Shown one piece after another: positions 1 to 8,200 of a DNA stretch of 64,000 bases. Source of the DNA: Nitrososphaerota archaeon (GTDB lineage Archaea > Thermoproteota > Nitrososphaeria_A > Caldarchaeales > Calditenuaceae). The DNA lies in the NCBI GenBank assembly GCA_033581555.1, contig JAVQSZ010000005.1:1-64000 (forward strand). The letters run 5' to 3'. The number at the start of each line of letters is the position of its first letter. The first letter of the stretch is position 1. The translations under genes were made by a program, and so were the position numbers. The notes under the pieces were generated by a model. It had not been told where the DNA came from, made no database searches, and saw only the letters and a list, made by a program, of their open reading frames with translations.

Positions 1-68
1 TCCCCATTTCGCCGAACCCGCGACCGAGGGACGTCTACTACGTCGAAGTGGTAATAGTTGAGAACTAG
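1..68 (+). CDS. 3' end of a gene running in from outside the window; likely another small beta-rich secreted paralogue
   Basis: Frame from nt 3 reads PISPNPRPRDVYYVEVVIVEN-stop(66-68), overlapping the next start; C-terminal pattern resembles the two downstream ORFs. Confidence 0.55.
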   Translation, partial: PISPNPRPRDVYYVEVVIVEN

Positions 69-465
69 AGCCGCGATATTGTTTCTCGTCGTTTTTTCGG
101 TAGCTATCTCCGCTTTAGCCGTCCCCATCCTAGTCGCCTCAGTCGACCTGTTGCCCCTGACGCCTGAGGTCCCCTACTCGCTCGGGCGCATCGCGACTCG
201 ATCTATCAGGGTGATCTCGGTGAACTTAGTGGTCATTAACGACCAGGTCACCGGAGCAATCCTGACCTACGTGTGGGGAACTGGCACCCAAGTGACCATC
301 ACTTTCTCGGTCACGATCTACGACGATGACGGCAACCCGATAGCCAGCGGGAGCCAACAAGTTACGGTCCCTCCTATTGTTCCCGGCACGGGAACCGTGA
401 CCGTTACCCTGACCCCCCAGGTGGGCGTGTTCAAGGTCGCGAGGGTCGTGACGACGGTCTCGTGA
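58..465 (+). CDS. Small secreted beta-strand-rich protein, candidate SipW-processed fibre subunit
   Basis: Basic N-terminus plus hydrophobic signal ending ..SALA; mature part is V/T-rich alternating beta pattern; no TM anchor; upstream of signal peptidase. Confidence 0.7.
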   Translation: MRTRAAILFLVVFSVAISALAVPILVASVDLLPLTPEVPYSLGRIATRSIRVISVNLVVINDQVTGAILTYVWGTGTQVTITFSVTIYDDDGNPIASGSQQVTVPPIVPGTGTVTVTLTPQVGVFKVARVVTTVS

Positions 466-481
466 GGAGGTACGAGAGTCC

Positions 482-856
482 TTGAGGGCGGCGGTCGCCG
501 TGCTCGTCCTGCTGCTGGTCGGGCTCCTCTCGATGACGACGTACGCCGTGGCGGTGAACGTCGCTACTGTAGCGCAGCTCGGCGCGGGCCAGACCGAAGT
601 CCTCAAGTACGACTTCGTGGTCAGGAGCGTCTCCGTCCACTCGTCGACGATAAGTACTGTCTTCGCGTTGGTTCAGGTCAACGTTGCGGGCACATACCGC
701 CTCGACGCGGCGGTCAGGGTTGGGCCGTGCCAGGCCTCTGGAGCGGTAACTCGGACCCTGAGCACTGTTCCTGTGCCAGTGACCATCGCGCTGAACGCGG
801 CCTGCACCTTCACCACCAACGTCGAAGTCAGGGTGACGGCCTCCAGACTCCCGTGA
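482..856 (+). CDS. Small secreted beta-rich protein, candidate SipW-processed fibre subunit
   Basis: GAGGAGG RBS before TTG; signal peptide ending TTYA; N-terminal strand VAVNVATVAQLGAGQTEV; two Cys (possible disulfide). Confidence 0.75.
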   Translation: MRAAVAVLVLLLVGLLSMTTYAVAVNVATVAQLGAGQTEVLKYDFVVRSVSVHSSTISTVFALVQVNVAGTYRLDAAVRVGPCQASGAVTRTLSTVPVPVTIALNAACTFTTNVEVRVTASRLP

Positions 857-862
857 TCGGAA

Positions 863-1540
863 TTGAGGCCCCTGACCCTCCTCGTTCTGGCCGCGGTCGT
901 GGTCCTGGTCTACGCCATCGGGACGGGCCAGATGGGAATATACTACGTAGTTACCGAGAGCATGGAGCCCAGCGCTCCAAGGGGTTCCTTAATTATTGCG
1001 GTCCCTGACAGGTTCGTGGAGCCCGGCGAGATGGTCCTCTACGACCTTAAGGGTTTCACGGTCGTCCACAGGGCCTCCGAGCTGAGACCGGAGGGAGTTC
1101 TGGTGGTCGCGGACGCTTACCCCTGGTACTCGGAGCTGGTCTCCTGGGAGAGGGTTAAGGGCAAGGCGGTGCTCGTGGTACCGTTCCTCGGATACGTCGC
1201 GCTCGGGCTCTCCGCTGTGCCCATGGTCCTGATGGGGCTTCTGGTAGTCCTGCTCCTCCCGAGGAAGTCCCAGGAGACCGAGTCCGGGAGCCCGGTCCTC
1301 TTCGCGCTCTCCGGTGGAGCCCTAGCCATGGTAGCGGCCATCGGCGACACGGGCCTCGTGACGATCGGCAAAGTCCCCGCGCTCGTACTGCTCGCCTCCA
1401 CGCTAGCGGCCATCAGGTACCTTGAGGTGGGGAGATCGGACGCTCCGAAGTGGATGATCGACGCATCCTACGTCGTCTTCATAGTCGCCTGCCTCACCTC
1501 TATATCGAGGAAGGCCTTCCTAGGGGTTCTGGGGCTTTGA
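863..1540 (+). CDS. sipW: Signal peptidase I, SipW/Sec11 (S26B) type, with extra C-terminal TM helices
   Basis: N-terminal TM, VVTESMEP (catalytic Ser box), GEMVLY...VVHR (His box), VKGKAVLVVPFLGY motif. Confidence 0.85.
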   Translation: MRPLTLLVLAAVVVLVYAIGTGQMGIYYVVTESMEPSAPRGSLIIAVPDRFVEPGEMVLYDLKGFTVVHRASELRPEGVLVVADAYPWYSELVSWERVKGKAVLVVPFLGYVALGLSAVPMVLMGLLVVLLLPRKSQETESGSPVLFALSGGALAMVAAIGDTGLVTIGKVPALVLLASTLAAIRYLEVGRSDAPKWMIDASYVVFIVACLTSISRKAFLGVLGL

Positions 1541-2889
1541 GGGCTGCGTCGCTTGTGGCGCTCTCGGTCCTGACCGTCGTCCTGATGATGACTTCTGCGG
1601 CCTACGCCTCGTCGGGCGTGACCATAGTCAACAGGCACGGCCTCCCGATCGCCGTCGATGGTCAGCTGGTCGATAGGTTCCCCGCGAACGTCAGGCCCGG
1701 GTCCTACGTCTGCGTCGTCCACCAGGTCTTCTACGTCACCTCTGAGAGGAGGCTCGTCTTCAGGGGCTGGTCCAACGGCGAGACCTCGGCCTGCGTCACC
1801 GCGACCTCTGGGACGCTCGAGGCCCTCTACGAGGAGCAGGTCCTGGTCGTGGTCGACTCCAACTACGAGCCGGTCAGGAGGAGCACGTGGGTCAAGAGGG
1901 GCGAGAGGGTCGTCCTAGAGGTGGAGCGGGTCTACGTCGACCGCGGTTACCGGTACGTCTTCTCGAGGTGGAGCAGGGGCGAGAAACCGTTCGAGCCGAC
2001 CAACGCGATCGTCGCTATGGACCCGATCTACGTCGACGTCAGGTTCGTGAAGGAGGTGAGGGTCGATGTGATATCGCACTTCGGGGCCCCGGTCAACGGC
2101 TCGGGATGGTACCGCGAGGGAGAGACGGTCGTCATCTCCGCGCCCGGGGAGATCATGCTCGGCCCCAACGAGAAACTGGTCTTCAGGGAGTGGACGACGG
2201 TCGGGCTCCATCCGGCCGTGATATACTCACCGGGCTCCAGGGTCACGACGCTCGAGGCCAGGGCTCCCCACGTGATTAGGGCCGAGTACGACAGGTACCT
2301 CAGGGTGAACGTCGAGGGTCCTCAAGGCGTCATCGTCAGCGGCTGGTTCAAAGAGGGAGAGAAGGTCACGGTCGGCGCGCCCCCTGTGATCGAGGTGATA
2401 CCGAACGCAGTCAGGCTCGTCTTCGTAGGGTGGGAGGGAGACATCGCCGCGACCGTCCCGAACGTCGCTCTCACCGTAGCGAAGCCCGTCTCCGCGAAGG
2501 CCAACTACAGGCTCGAGTACAGGGTCGAGGTCAGGTCTCCGGTCGGAGCCGCGGGAACCGGCTGGTACCCGGCCAACTCCACGGCCCTCATAAGGGTCCC
2601 GACCGAGATGCAGGCCTTCCTCTTCGCGAAGAGGGTCCTGAGCCACTTCACCGGCGACTGTGACGAGAACTGCAGGGTCGCGAACGTCCTGAGGCTCTAC
2701 GTCGACTCCCCGAAGCACATCGAGGCAGTCTACAGGATCGAGCCGGACCTCCAATCGATACTCACCGCAGGCGCGGTCGTGGGGGCCGTGGTCGTCGCCT
2801 ACTTAGCCATCGAGCGGATAAGGAGAAGGAGGGAAGAGGTCGTCCGGGTTAGCTTCGAGGACTTGGAGGAACCCAAGCTGCTCGAGTAG
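1537..2889 (+). CDS. Membrane-anchored surface protein with about 5 tandem beta repeats (divergent InlB B-repeat/Flg_new-like)
   Basis: TTG 1537 overlaps sipW stop (TTGA); signal peptide ending AAYA; repeats RLVFRGWS, RYVFSRWS, KLVFREWT, RLVFVGWEG, RVLSHFTG with GWY..G..V.I.A motifs; C-terminal TM followed by RIRRRR. Confidence 0.75.
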   Translation: MRAASLVALSVLTVVLMMTSAAYASSGVTIVNRHGLPIAVDGQLVDRFPANVRPGSYVCVVHQVFYVTSERRLVFRGWSNGETSACVTATSGTLEALYEEQVLVVVDSNYEPVRRSTWVKRGERVVLEVERVYVDRGYRYVFSRWSRGEKPFEPTNAIVAMDPIYVDVRFVKEVRVDVISHFGAPVNGSGWYREGETVVISAPGEIMLGPNEKLVFREWTTVGLHPAVIYSPGSRVTTLEARAPHVIRAEYDRYLRVNVEGPQGVIVSGWFKEGEKVTVGAPPVIEVIPNAVRLVFVGWEGDIAATVPNVALTVAKPVSAKANYRLEYRVEVRSPVGAAGTGWYPANSTALIRVPTEMQAFLFAKRVLSHFTGDCDENCRVANVLRLYVDSPKHIEAVYRIEPDLQSILTAGAVVGAVVVAYLAIERIRRRREEVVRVSFEDLEEPKLLE

Positions 2890-2970
2890 CGTAGCCCGTT
2901 AGCCGCGAACTAGCTCGCGTCAGAGGTCTTGCGTCCCAGTCCGCTTTCACTTCGTCGCTAGCGTTTTTTA

Positions 2971-4239
2971 GTGCGGGAGAGGTCGGTGCGGCGGATGAGC
3001 GCGGTAATGCCGAGGCAACCGGAGGTGAACGTCGGGACGCTGGGGCACGTCGACAACGGCAAGACGACCCTCGTCCAGGCGATAACCGGCGTCTGGACCG
3101 CGAGGCACTCGGAGGAGCTGAAGAGGGGGATAACTATCAGGATAGGTTACGCCGACGCTGCGGTCTACAGGTGCCCCCTCTGCGAGGAGCCCTTCAACTA
3201 TAGGACCAGCGTCATTTGCCCGGTCCACGGCGTCCAGACCGAGCTCGCGAGGGTCGTCTCGTTCATCGATTGCCCCGGCCACCACTCCCTGATGATAACG
3301 ATGCTGAGCGGCGCACCTCTCTTCGACGGAGCGGTCTTCGTCGTCGACGCGAGGGTGAGGTTCCCCCAGCCTCAAGATAGGGAGCACCTCGAGGCGATGC
3401 TGGTGATGGGGATGAAGAACATCGTCTTCGCGCAGAACAAGGTCGACGTCGTGACCCCGGAGAGGGCGAGGGAGAACTACGGCGAGATCGTGGGCTACGT
3501 GACCTCGAGGGGCCTCGAGGAGCCGGTCGTCGTCCCCGTATCGGCGCAGCAAGGGGCCGGAATCGAGGCGCTCCTCCACGCGATGGAGAAGTACATCCCG
3601 ACCCCGAAGAGGGACCCGACGAGGCCCTTCCTGATGCCGGTCCTACGGTCCTTCGACGTCAACATGCCCGGCACGGTCGCGACCGAGATCAAGGGCGGCG
3701 TGATAGGCGGCTCGATAGTGCAGGGCACGGTGAAGGTCGGCGACGAGATCGAGATCGTTCCAGGGCTCCCCGTGAAGCCCGACCAGCCCGGCTCTCCCCA
3801 CGAACCGGTCCACACGGTCGCGAGGAACATCAAGGCCGGAGGGAGGAGCGTGAAGGAGGCCACCTGCGGAGGGCTGGTGGGGATCGAGACGAACCTGGAC
3901 CCGTCCTTCACGAAGTCTGACGGAATGAGCGGGAACATGGCCGGGAGGCCCGGGACGCTGCCGCCCGTCTGGAGCGAGCTCGAGCTCGACTACGCCCTCT
4001 TCGAGAGGGTCGTAGGGGTCGACGGGGACCTGAAGGTCGGGAGGATCGCGCCAAGGGAGACGCTGGTCCTGAACGCGTACTCCGCGGTCACCAGCGGCGT
4101 CGTCACCTCCGTGTCCGGCGAGAGGCTCTCGGTGAAGCTCACGAGGCCGATAGCAGCGTCCCCCGGCGACAGGGTCACGATCAGCAGGAAGGTCGGGACC
4201 GGCTGGAGGCTGATCGGGTACGGCAAGATCGTCGGGTGA
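2971..4239 (+). CDS. eif2g: Translation initiation factor aIF2 gamma (true start may be ATG 2995 or 3007)
   Basis: QPEVNVGTLGHVDNGKTT, RGITIRIGYA, DCPGH, NKVD, WRLIGYG. Confidence 0.97.
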   Translation: MRERSVRRMSAVMPRQPEVNVGTLGHVDNGKTTLVQAITGVWTARHSEELKRGITIRIGYADAAVYRCPLCEEPFNYRTSVICPVHGVQTELARVVSFIDCPGHHSLMITMLSGAPLFDGAVFVVDARVRFPQPQDREHLEAMLVMGMKNIVFAQNKVDVVTPERARENYGEIVGYVTSRGLEEPVVVPVSAQQGAGIEALLHAMEKYIPTPKRDPTRPFLMPVLRSFDVNMPGTVATEIKGGVIGGSIVQGTVKVGDEIEIVPGLPVKPDQPGSPHEPVHTVARNIKAGGRSVKEATCGGLVGIETNLDPSFTKSDGMSGNMAGRPGTLPPVWSELELDYALFERVVGVDGDLKVGRIAPRETLVLNAYSAVTSGVVTSVSGERLSVKLTRPIAASPGDRVTISRKVGTGWRLIGYGKIVG

Positions 4240-4242
4240 GGG

Positions 4243-4623
4243 TTGAGGGCGGTCGTCGACGCGAGCTTCCTGATGAGGTCCGTCGAGCTGGGGAGGGACC
4301 TTATCGAGGCGGTCTCCGAGAGGATCGGCGAGCCGGTCGTCCCGTACACCGTACCCCAGGTCATCGATGAGCTCAGGAGGCTCTCCTCCGGGAAGGGCGT
4401 CAAGGCGGCTAAGGCCAGGGCCGCGCTGGAGGTCGCGAAGGGCATTGAGGTCGTCGAGGTGGGCGAAAGGGACGCGCCCGCGGACCGAATTTTGGTCGAG
4501 CTATCGAGGGAGAGGGGGGACGTCGTCCTGACCTCGGACCTCGGGGTGATGAGGGCCGTCCTGAGGGGAGGAGGGAGGGCCGCGCTGGTGACGGAGGAGG
4601 GAGAGGTGAAGCTGGTCCTCTGA
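4243..4623 (+). CDS. PIN-domain protein (Utp24/Fcf1-like)
   Basis: VVDASFLM, VIDEL, ADRIL, VLTSD acidic PIN motifs; usual position after aIF2-gamma. Confidence 0.85.
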   Translation: MRAVVDASFLMRSVELGRDLIEAVSERIGEPVVPYTVPQVIDELRRLSSGKGVKAAKARAALEVAKGIEVVEVGERDAPADRILVELSRERGDVVLTSDLGVMRAVLRGGGRAALVTEEGEVKLVL

Positions 4624-4670
4624 AGCCCCGACCGCCGAGGTTTATCACCACCCGGGAGAGACCCGTCGCC

Positions 4671-5762
4671 GTGGACGTCGAGCGGCGGATCGAGCTGATA
4701 GTGCGGCCTCCGACCGAGGAGGTGATCACGCTGGAGGAGCTGAGAGAGCTCCTCGAGGCCGTCGAGAGGCCGGTCGCCTACGACGGGTTCGAGCCGAGCG
4801 GGCTCGCCCACCTGCCCTTCGGGCTCCTGAGACCGATCAAGCTCAGGGACATGCTCGAGGCGGGGTGCAGGTTCAAGCTCCTCCTCGCCGACTGGCACGC
4901 GATGATCAACAACAAGATGGGAGGGGACCTGGAGGCGATCAGGAGGGTCGGGGAGTACTTCGTCGAGGTCTGGAGGGCTGCGGGGGTGGACACTAACTCG
5001 GTCGAGATCGTCTGGGCCAGTGACAACGCCGCCGACCCGGAGTACTGGAAGCTGGTCGTCAAGGTAGCGAGGTCCGTGACGCTCAGGAGGATGATGAGGG
5101 CCCTCCCGATCATGGGCAGGGTCGAGGGGGAGCTCCAGGAGGCCGCGCAGGTGATCTACCCGGCGATGCAGGTCGCGGACATCTTCTACATGGGCTGCCA
5201 CATCTGCCAGCTCGGGCTCGACCAGAGGAGGGCAAACGTCCTCGCGAGGGAGATAGGGCCCAAGCTCGGCTACTGGAAGCCTGTGGCCGTGCACCACCAC
5301 ATGCTGATGGGCCTCCAGGGTCCCGTGGGTCCGAAGGGGATGGACGACGACCCGAGGATCGACGTCCAGATCAGCTCGAAGATGAGCAAGAGCCTCCCGG
5401 AGACCAGCATCCTCGTCCACGACCCGCCCGAGGTGATCGAGCGGAAGGTGATGGGCGCCTACTGCCCTCCGAGGACCGAGGAGGGCAACCCGGTGCTGGA
5501 CTACGCGAAGCACATCGTCTTCAGGGCGAAGGGCCGGCTGACCGTCGAGAGGGAGCAGAGGTACGGCGGCGACGTCACCTACGGGTCCTACGAGGAGCTC
5601 AGGGACGACTACGTGGCCGGGAGGCTCCACCCGATGGACCTGAAGAGGGCGGTGTCCAGGGCCCTCGACGAGCTGATAACACCGATCAGGAGGCACTTCG
5701 AGACCAACTCCAGGGCCAGGGAGCTCTACGAGTTCGTCAGGAGCGCCGAGGTCACGAGGTGA
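4671..5762 (+). CDS. tyrS: Tyrosyl-tRNA synthetase
   Basis: AYDGFEPSGLAH, IYPAMQVADI, GLDQRR, KMSKS, LHPMDLK. Confidence 0.97.
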   Translation: MDVERRIELIVRPPTEEVITLEELRELLEAVERPVAYDGFEPSGLAHLPFGLLRPIKLRDMLEAGCRFKLLLADWHAMINNKMGGDLEAIRRVGEYFVEVWRAAGVDTNSVEIVWASDNAADPEYWKLVVKVARSVTLRRMMRALPIMGRVEGELQEAAQVIYPAMQVADIFYMGCHICQLGLDQRRANVLAREIGPKLGYWKPVAVHHHMLMGLQGPVGPKGMDDDPRIDVQISSKMSKSLPETSILVHDPPEVIERKVMGAYCPPRTEEGNPVLDYAKHIVFRAKGRLTVEREQRYGGDVTYGSYEELRDDYVAGRLHPMDLKRAVSRALDELITPIRRHFETNSRARELYEFVRSAEVTR

Positions 5763-5862
5763 CTGTGGTCCGCCTGACCCGCGCCCCCTTCACCGACCGG
5801 GCGGAGCGCCCTGCTCAGGGACGCCAAGGTCGCGGACCTGCCTGACCGCCTCCGCCCCCCTC

Positions 5863-6303
5863 TTAAGACTTGTCCCGGACCTCCCGGTTCCCGCTGCGGA
5901 GGAAGTGCTCCTCGAGGAAGGCCCTGGTCGACTCGGTCATCTCGAGCCCCTCGACCTCGCCCGGCCCGAACCACCTCGCCTCGAGCGCGTCGCTCCCCGC
6001 TGCCAGCGAGCCGCCCACGACCTCGCAGAGGAAGTCCACGATCACGAAGTGCTCGACCACGGACCCGTCCTCGGCCCTCCAGAAGACGTCCACCACGTCG
6101 ACCACACGGCGGACCTCGACCTCCAGACCGGTCTCCTCCTTCACCTCCCTCACGACCGCGGACGCGGCCCTCTCGCCGAACTTCAGCCTCCCGCCGGGCA
6201 GCGACCACTTCATCCTCCCCGGAGGGTTGGACCTCTTGACCAGCAGGACCTTCCCGTCCCTCACCACGAACGCTCCGACCGCGGGAGTCGGCCTCCTCTC
6301 CAA
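5863..6303 (-). CDS. NUDIX hydrolase (ADP-ribose pyrophosphatase-like)
   Basis: Nudix box PGGRLKFGERAASAVVREVKEETGL. Confidence 0.93.
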   Translation of the reverse strand: MERRPTPAVGAFVVRDGKVLLVKRSNPPGRMKWSLPGGRLKFGERAASAVVREVKEETGLEVEVRRVVDVVDVFWRAEDGSVVEHFVIVDFLCEVVGGSLAAGSDALEARWFGPGEVEGLEMTESTRAFLEEHFLRSGNREVRDKS

Positions 6304-6359
6304 GCCGGGACGGAAAGAGAGCGGATGTGCTTTTAGGGTTGATCCTTCCGGAGAAGGGC

Positions 6360-6956
6360 TCAGAGGTTCCGCGTGCCCTCCGCCCCAGAGACCTTGAGCC
6401 CCTCCGGGACGTCCGGGAACGCGGTCTTCATCCTCTGCGCGGCGACCTCCGAAGCCTCCTGGAGTATCCTCTGGGCCTCCGGGTCCGAGATCGAGACGCT
6501 CACCACGGTCCCCGAGACGCTCCCCGCCTCCGCGATCAGACCCTCGAGCACCTCGTCGACGTACCTGAGGTTCTGGGCTACCTCCGGGACTATGCCGGCG
6601 AGGTCGGACTGGACCTGCTTGACGATCGCGGTCGCTGGACCGAGGACGTGCATCACGTCCCCGAACTCCTTCACCGTCTCAAGCCTCAGGATCACCTTCT
6701 CGAGCGAGAGTTGGCTCCTCACGACGACCCTCGACATCTTCCTCAGCTGGGCGATCTCGTTCGCGTAGATCGTGGCCCTGCTGACGTCGCCCTCCTGCTG
6801 CGCCCTCACGCACTGCTCGAAGAGCTCCCTGGCCCTCGCGGAGAGCCTCGCGACCGTGCGGCTCAGCTTGTCCGACTGGATCCTCAGCGCCATCAGCACC
6901 TCCGTGAACCTGGCGTCGCTCGTCGCTATCGACTCCTTCACGAAGGGTATCCTCAT
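6360..6956 (-). CDS. cdvB: ESCRT-III / CdvB paralogue (Snf7 family)
   Basis: ELFEQCVRA..GD..RATIYANEIAQLRK, LEKVILRLETV.EFGD, IVPEVA, EAQRILQEA; C-terminal FPDVP MIM2-like motif. Confidence 0.9.
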   Translation of the reverse strand: MRIPFVKESIATSDARFTEVLMALRIQSDKLSRTVARLSARARELFEQCVRAQQEGDVSRATIYANEIAQLRKMSRVVVRSQLSLEKVILRLETVKEFGDVMHVLGPATAIVKQVQSDLAGIVPEVAQNLRYVDEVLEGLIAEAGSVSGTVVSVSISDPEAQRILQEASEVAAQRMKTAFPDVPEGLKVSGAEGTRNL

Positions 6957-7115
6957 CTCGAGCCGCTTCTCGACCGATCGGACTAAAAGTTGACCGGGGC
7001 CGCGGACGAAGGGAATCGGTGAGGAATCCGCGGGAATTACTGGGCTGAGCTCCGAGACCGCGGGTCAGGCTCTCAAGCGACGCGGGAGCCGTTTTATCCT
7101 CGGAACGAGGCATCG

Positions 7116-8120
7116 ATGAAGGGACTGAGCGTGAAGGCACTCGGGAACGTCGGTTCCAAGTCACTCGAGCAGGTCATGGAGACGGTGAGGGCCGCGGGCG
7201 CGGAGTGCGAGCCCCTGAGGGACCCGTCGGAGCTGAGGGACCCGGAGGAGGTCCTGATGCTGATCGGCGACGACCGGTGGGTGCTGAGGAAGGTCCACGA
7301 GCTCTCGTGCCCGGAGCAGCCCATCCTGATCGTCGGAACCGAGGAGACGAGGTCCTTCCTTACCTCAGTCGGCCTAGGGGAGCTGAAGGAGGCCGCGGAG
7401 CTAATCGCGTCGGGGGAGTTCGCGGTCGAGGAGGTCACGCTGCTGGACGTCCTCGCCGACGGCAGGAGGGTCGACTTCGCGGTGAACGAGGGAGCGGTCT
7501 TTCCGGTGAGGCAGGCGATGCTGATGGAGCACTCGCTCTATGTGGACGGCGAGCTCCTCTGGAGGGACAGGTCAGACGGGGTCCTGGTCTCAACGCCGAT
7601 CGGCTCGAGCGCCTACTCCCTCTCAGCGGGAGGGGCGCTGGTCCACCACTCCGCGAGGGTCTTCCAGATAGTCTCGATCAACTCGATCGACCTCACGCGG
7701 AGGCCGCTGATAGTGCCCTCGAGCTCCGAGGTAGAGGTCGCAGAGATAGCCTGCGAGAGCGAAGTCGAGCTGGTCGTCGACGGGTTCCTGAGGGCCGCGG
7801 TGAGGGAGTCGGTGACCTTCAGGGCCTTCGGGAGGCCTCTGAGGCTCGTGAAGATCAGGGGCAGGGAGCCCGTGAGCATGAAGATGGAGAAGAAGGTGAT
7901 GATAGCTGAGGAGCTGCTCTCGCTCCCGCCCTCCGCGAAGCTCGTGAAGAAGGTCCTCGAGTACGAGGGCCCTCTGACGTTCGAGGAGCTCCTGGCCAAG
8001 ACGGCCCTCCCCGAGAGGACGCTGAGGTACGCGCTGACCGCCCTGACTGCCCGGGGCATGATCAGGAGGCTGAGGGACCACAACGACGCCAGGAAGAGGA
8101 TCTACGCCCTCAGGGCGTGA
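7116..8120 (+). CDS. NAD kinase-fold protein fused to a C-terminal winged helix-turn-helix
   Basis: AVNE and DGVLVSTPIGSSAYSLSAGG motifs; GGDG motif appears as IGDD; C-terminal LPPSAKLVKKVLEYEGPLT...LPERTLRYAL...DARKRIY wHTH. Confidence 0.85.
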   Translation: MKGLSVKALGNVGSKSLEQVMETVRAAGAECEPLRDPSELRDPEEVLMLIGDDRWVLRKVHELSCPEQPILIVGTEETRSFLTSVGLGELKEAAELIASGEFAVEEVTLLDVLADGRRVDFAVNEGAVFPVRQAMLMEHSLYVDGELLWRDRSDGVLVSTPIGSSAYSLSAGGALVHHSARVFQIVSINSIDLTRRPLIVPSSSEVEVAEIACESEVELVVDGFLRAAVRESVTFRAFGRPLRLVKIRGREPVSMKMEKKVMIAEELLSLPPSAKLVKKVLEYEGPLTFEELLAKTALPERTLRYALTALTARGMIRRLRDHNDARKRIYALRA

Positions 8121-8200
8121 GACGGATGCAAGGGTTGCGGAGGGAACGCGGTCTTGCCTGCGATCCAAGGTTTAGGCGAACCCCCTGAGGATTTCATACC

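Noticed and set aside
3990-5696. 568 aa antisense ORF, and many other long shadow ORFs such as 12645-13883, 15779-16822 and 22760-23800
   Set aside because: They lie opposite or out of frame to well-supported genes, are R/P/G-rich without motifs, and are expected in high-GC DNA
6990-7075. Intergenic AGGGAATCGGTGAGGAATCCG resembling a cobalamin riboswitch core, and GTGAGGA...CTGA resembling C/D boxes
   Set aside because: No CCCCGCAACTGT or B12-box elements, no B12-related downstream gene, and no convincing second box pair
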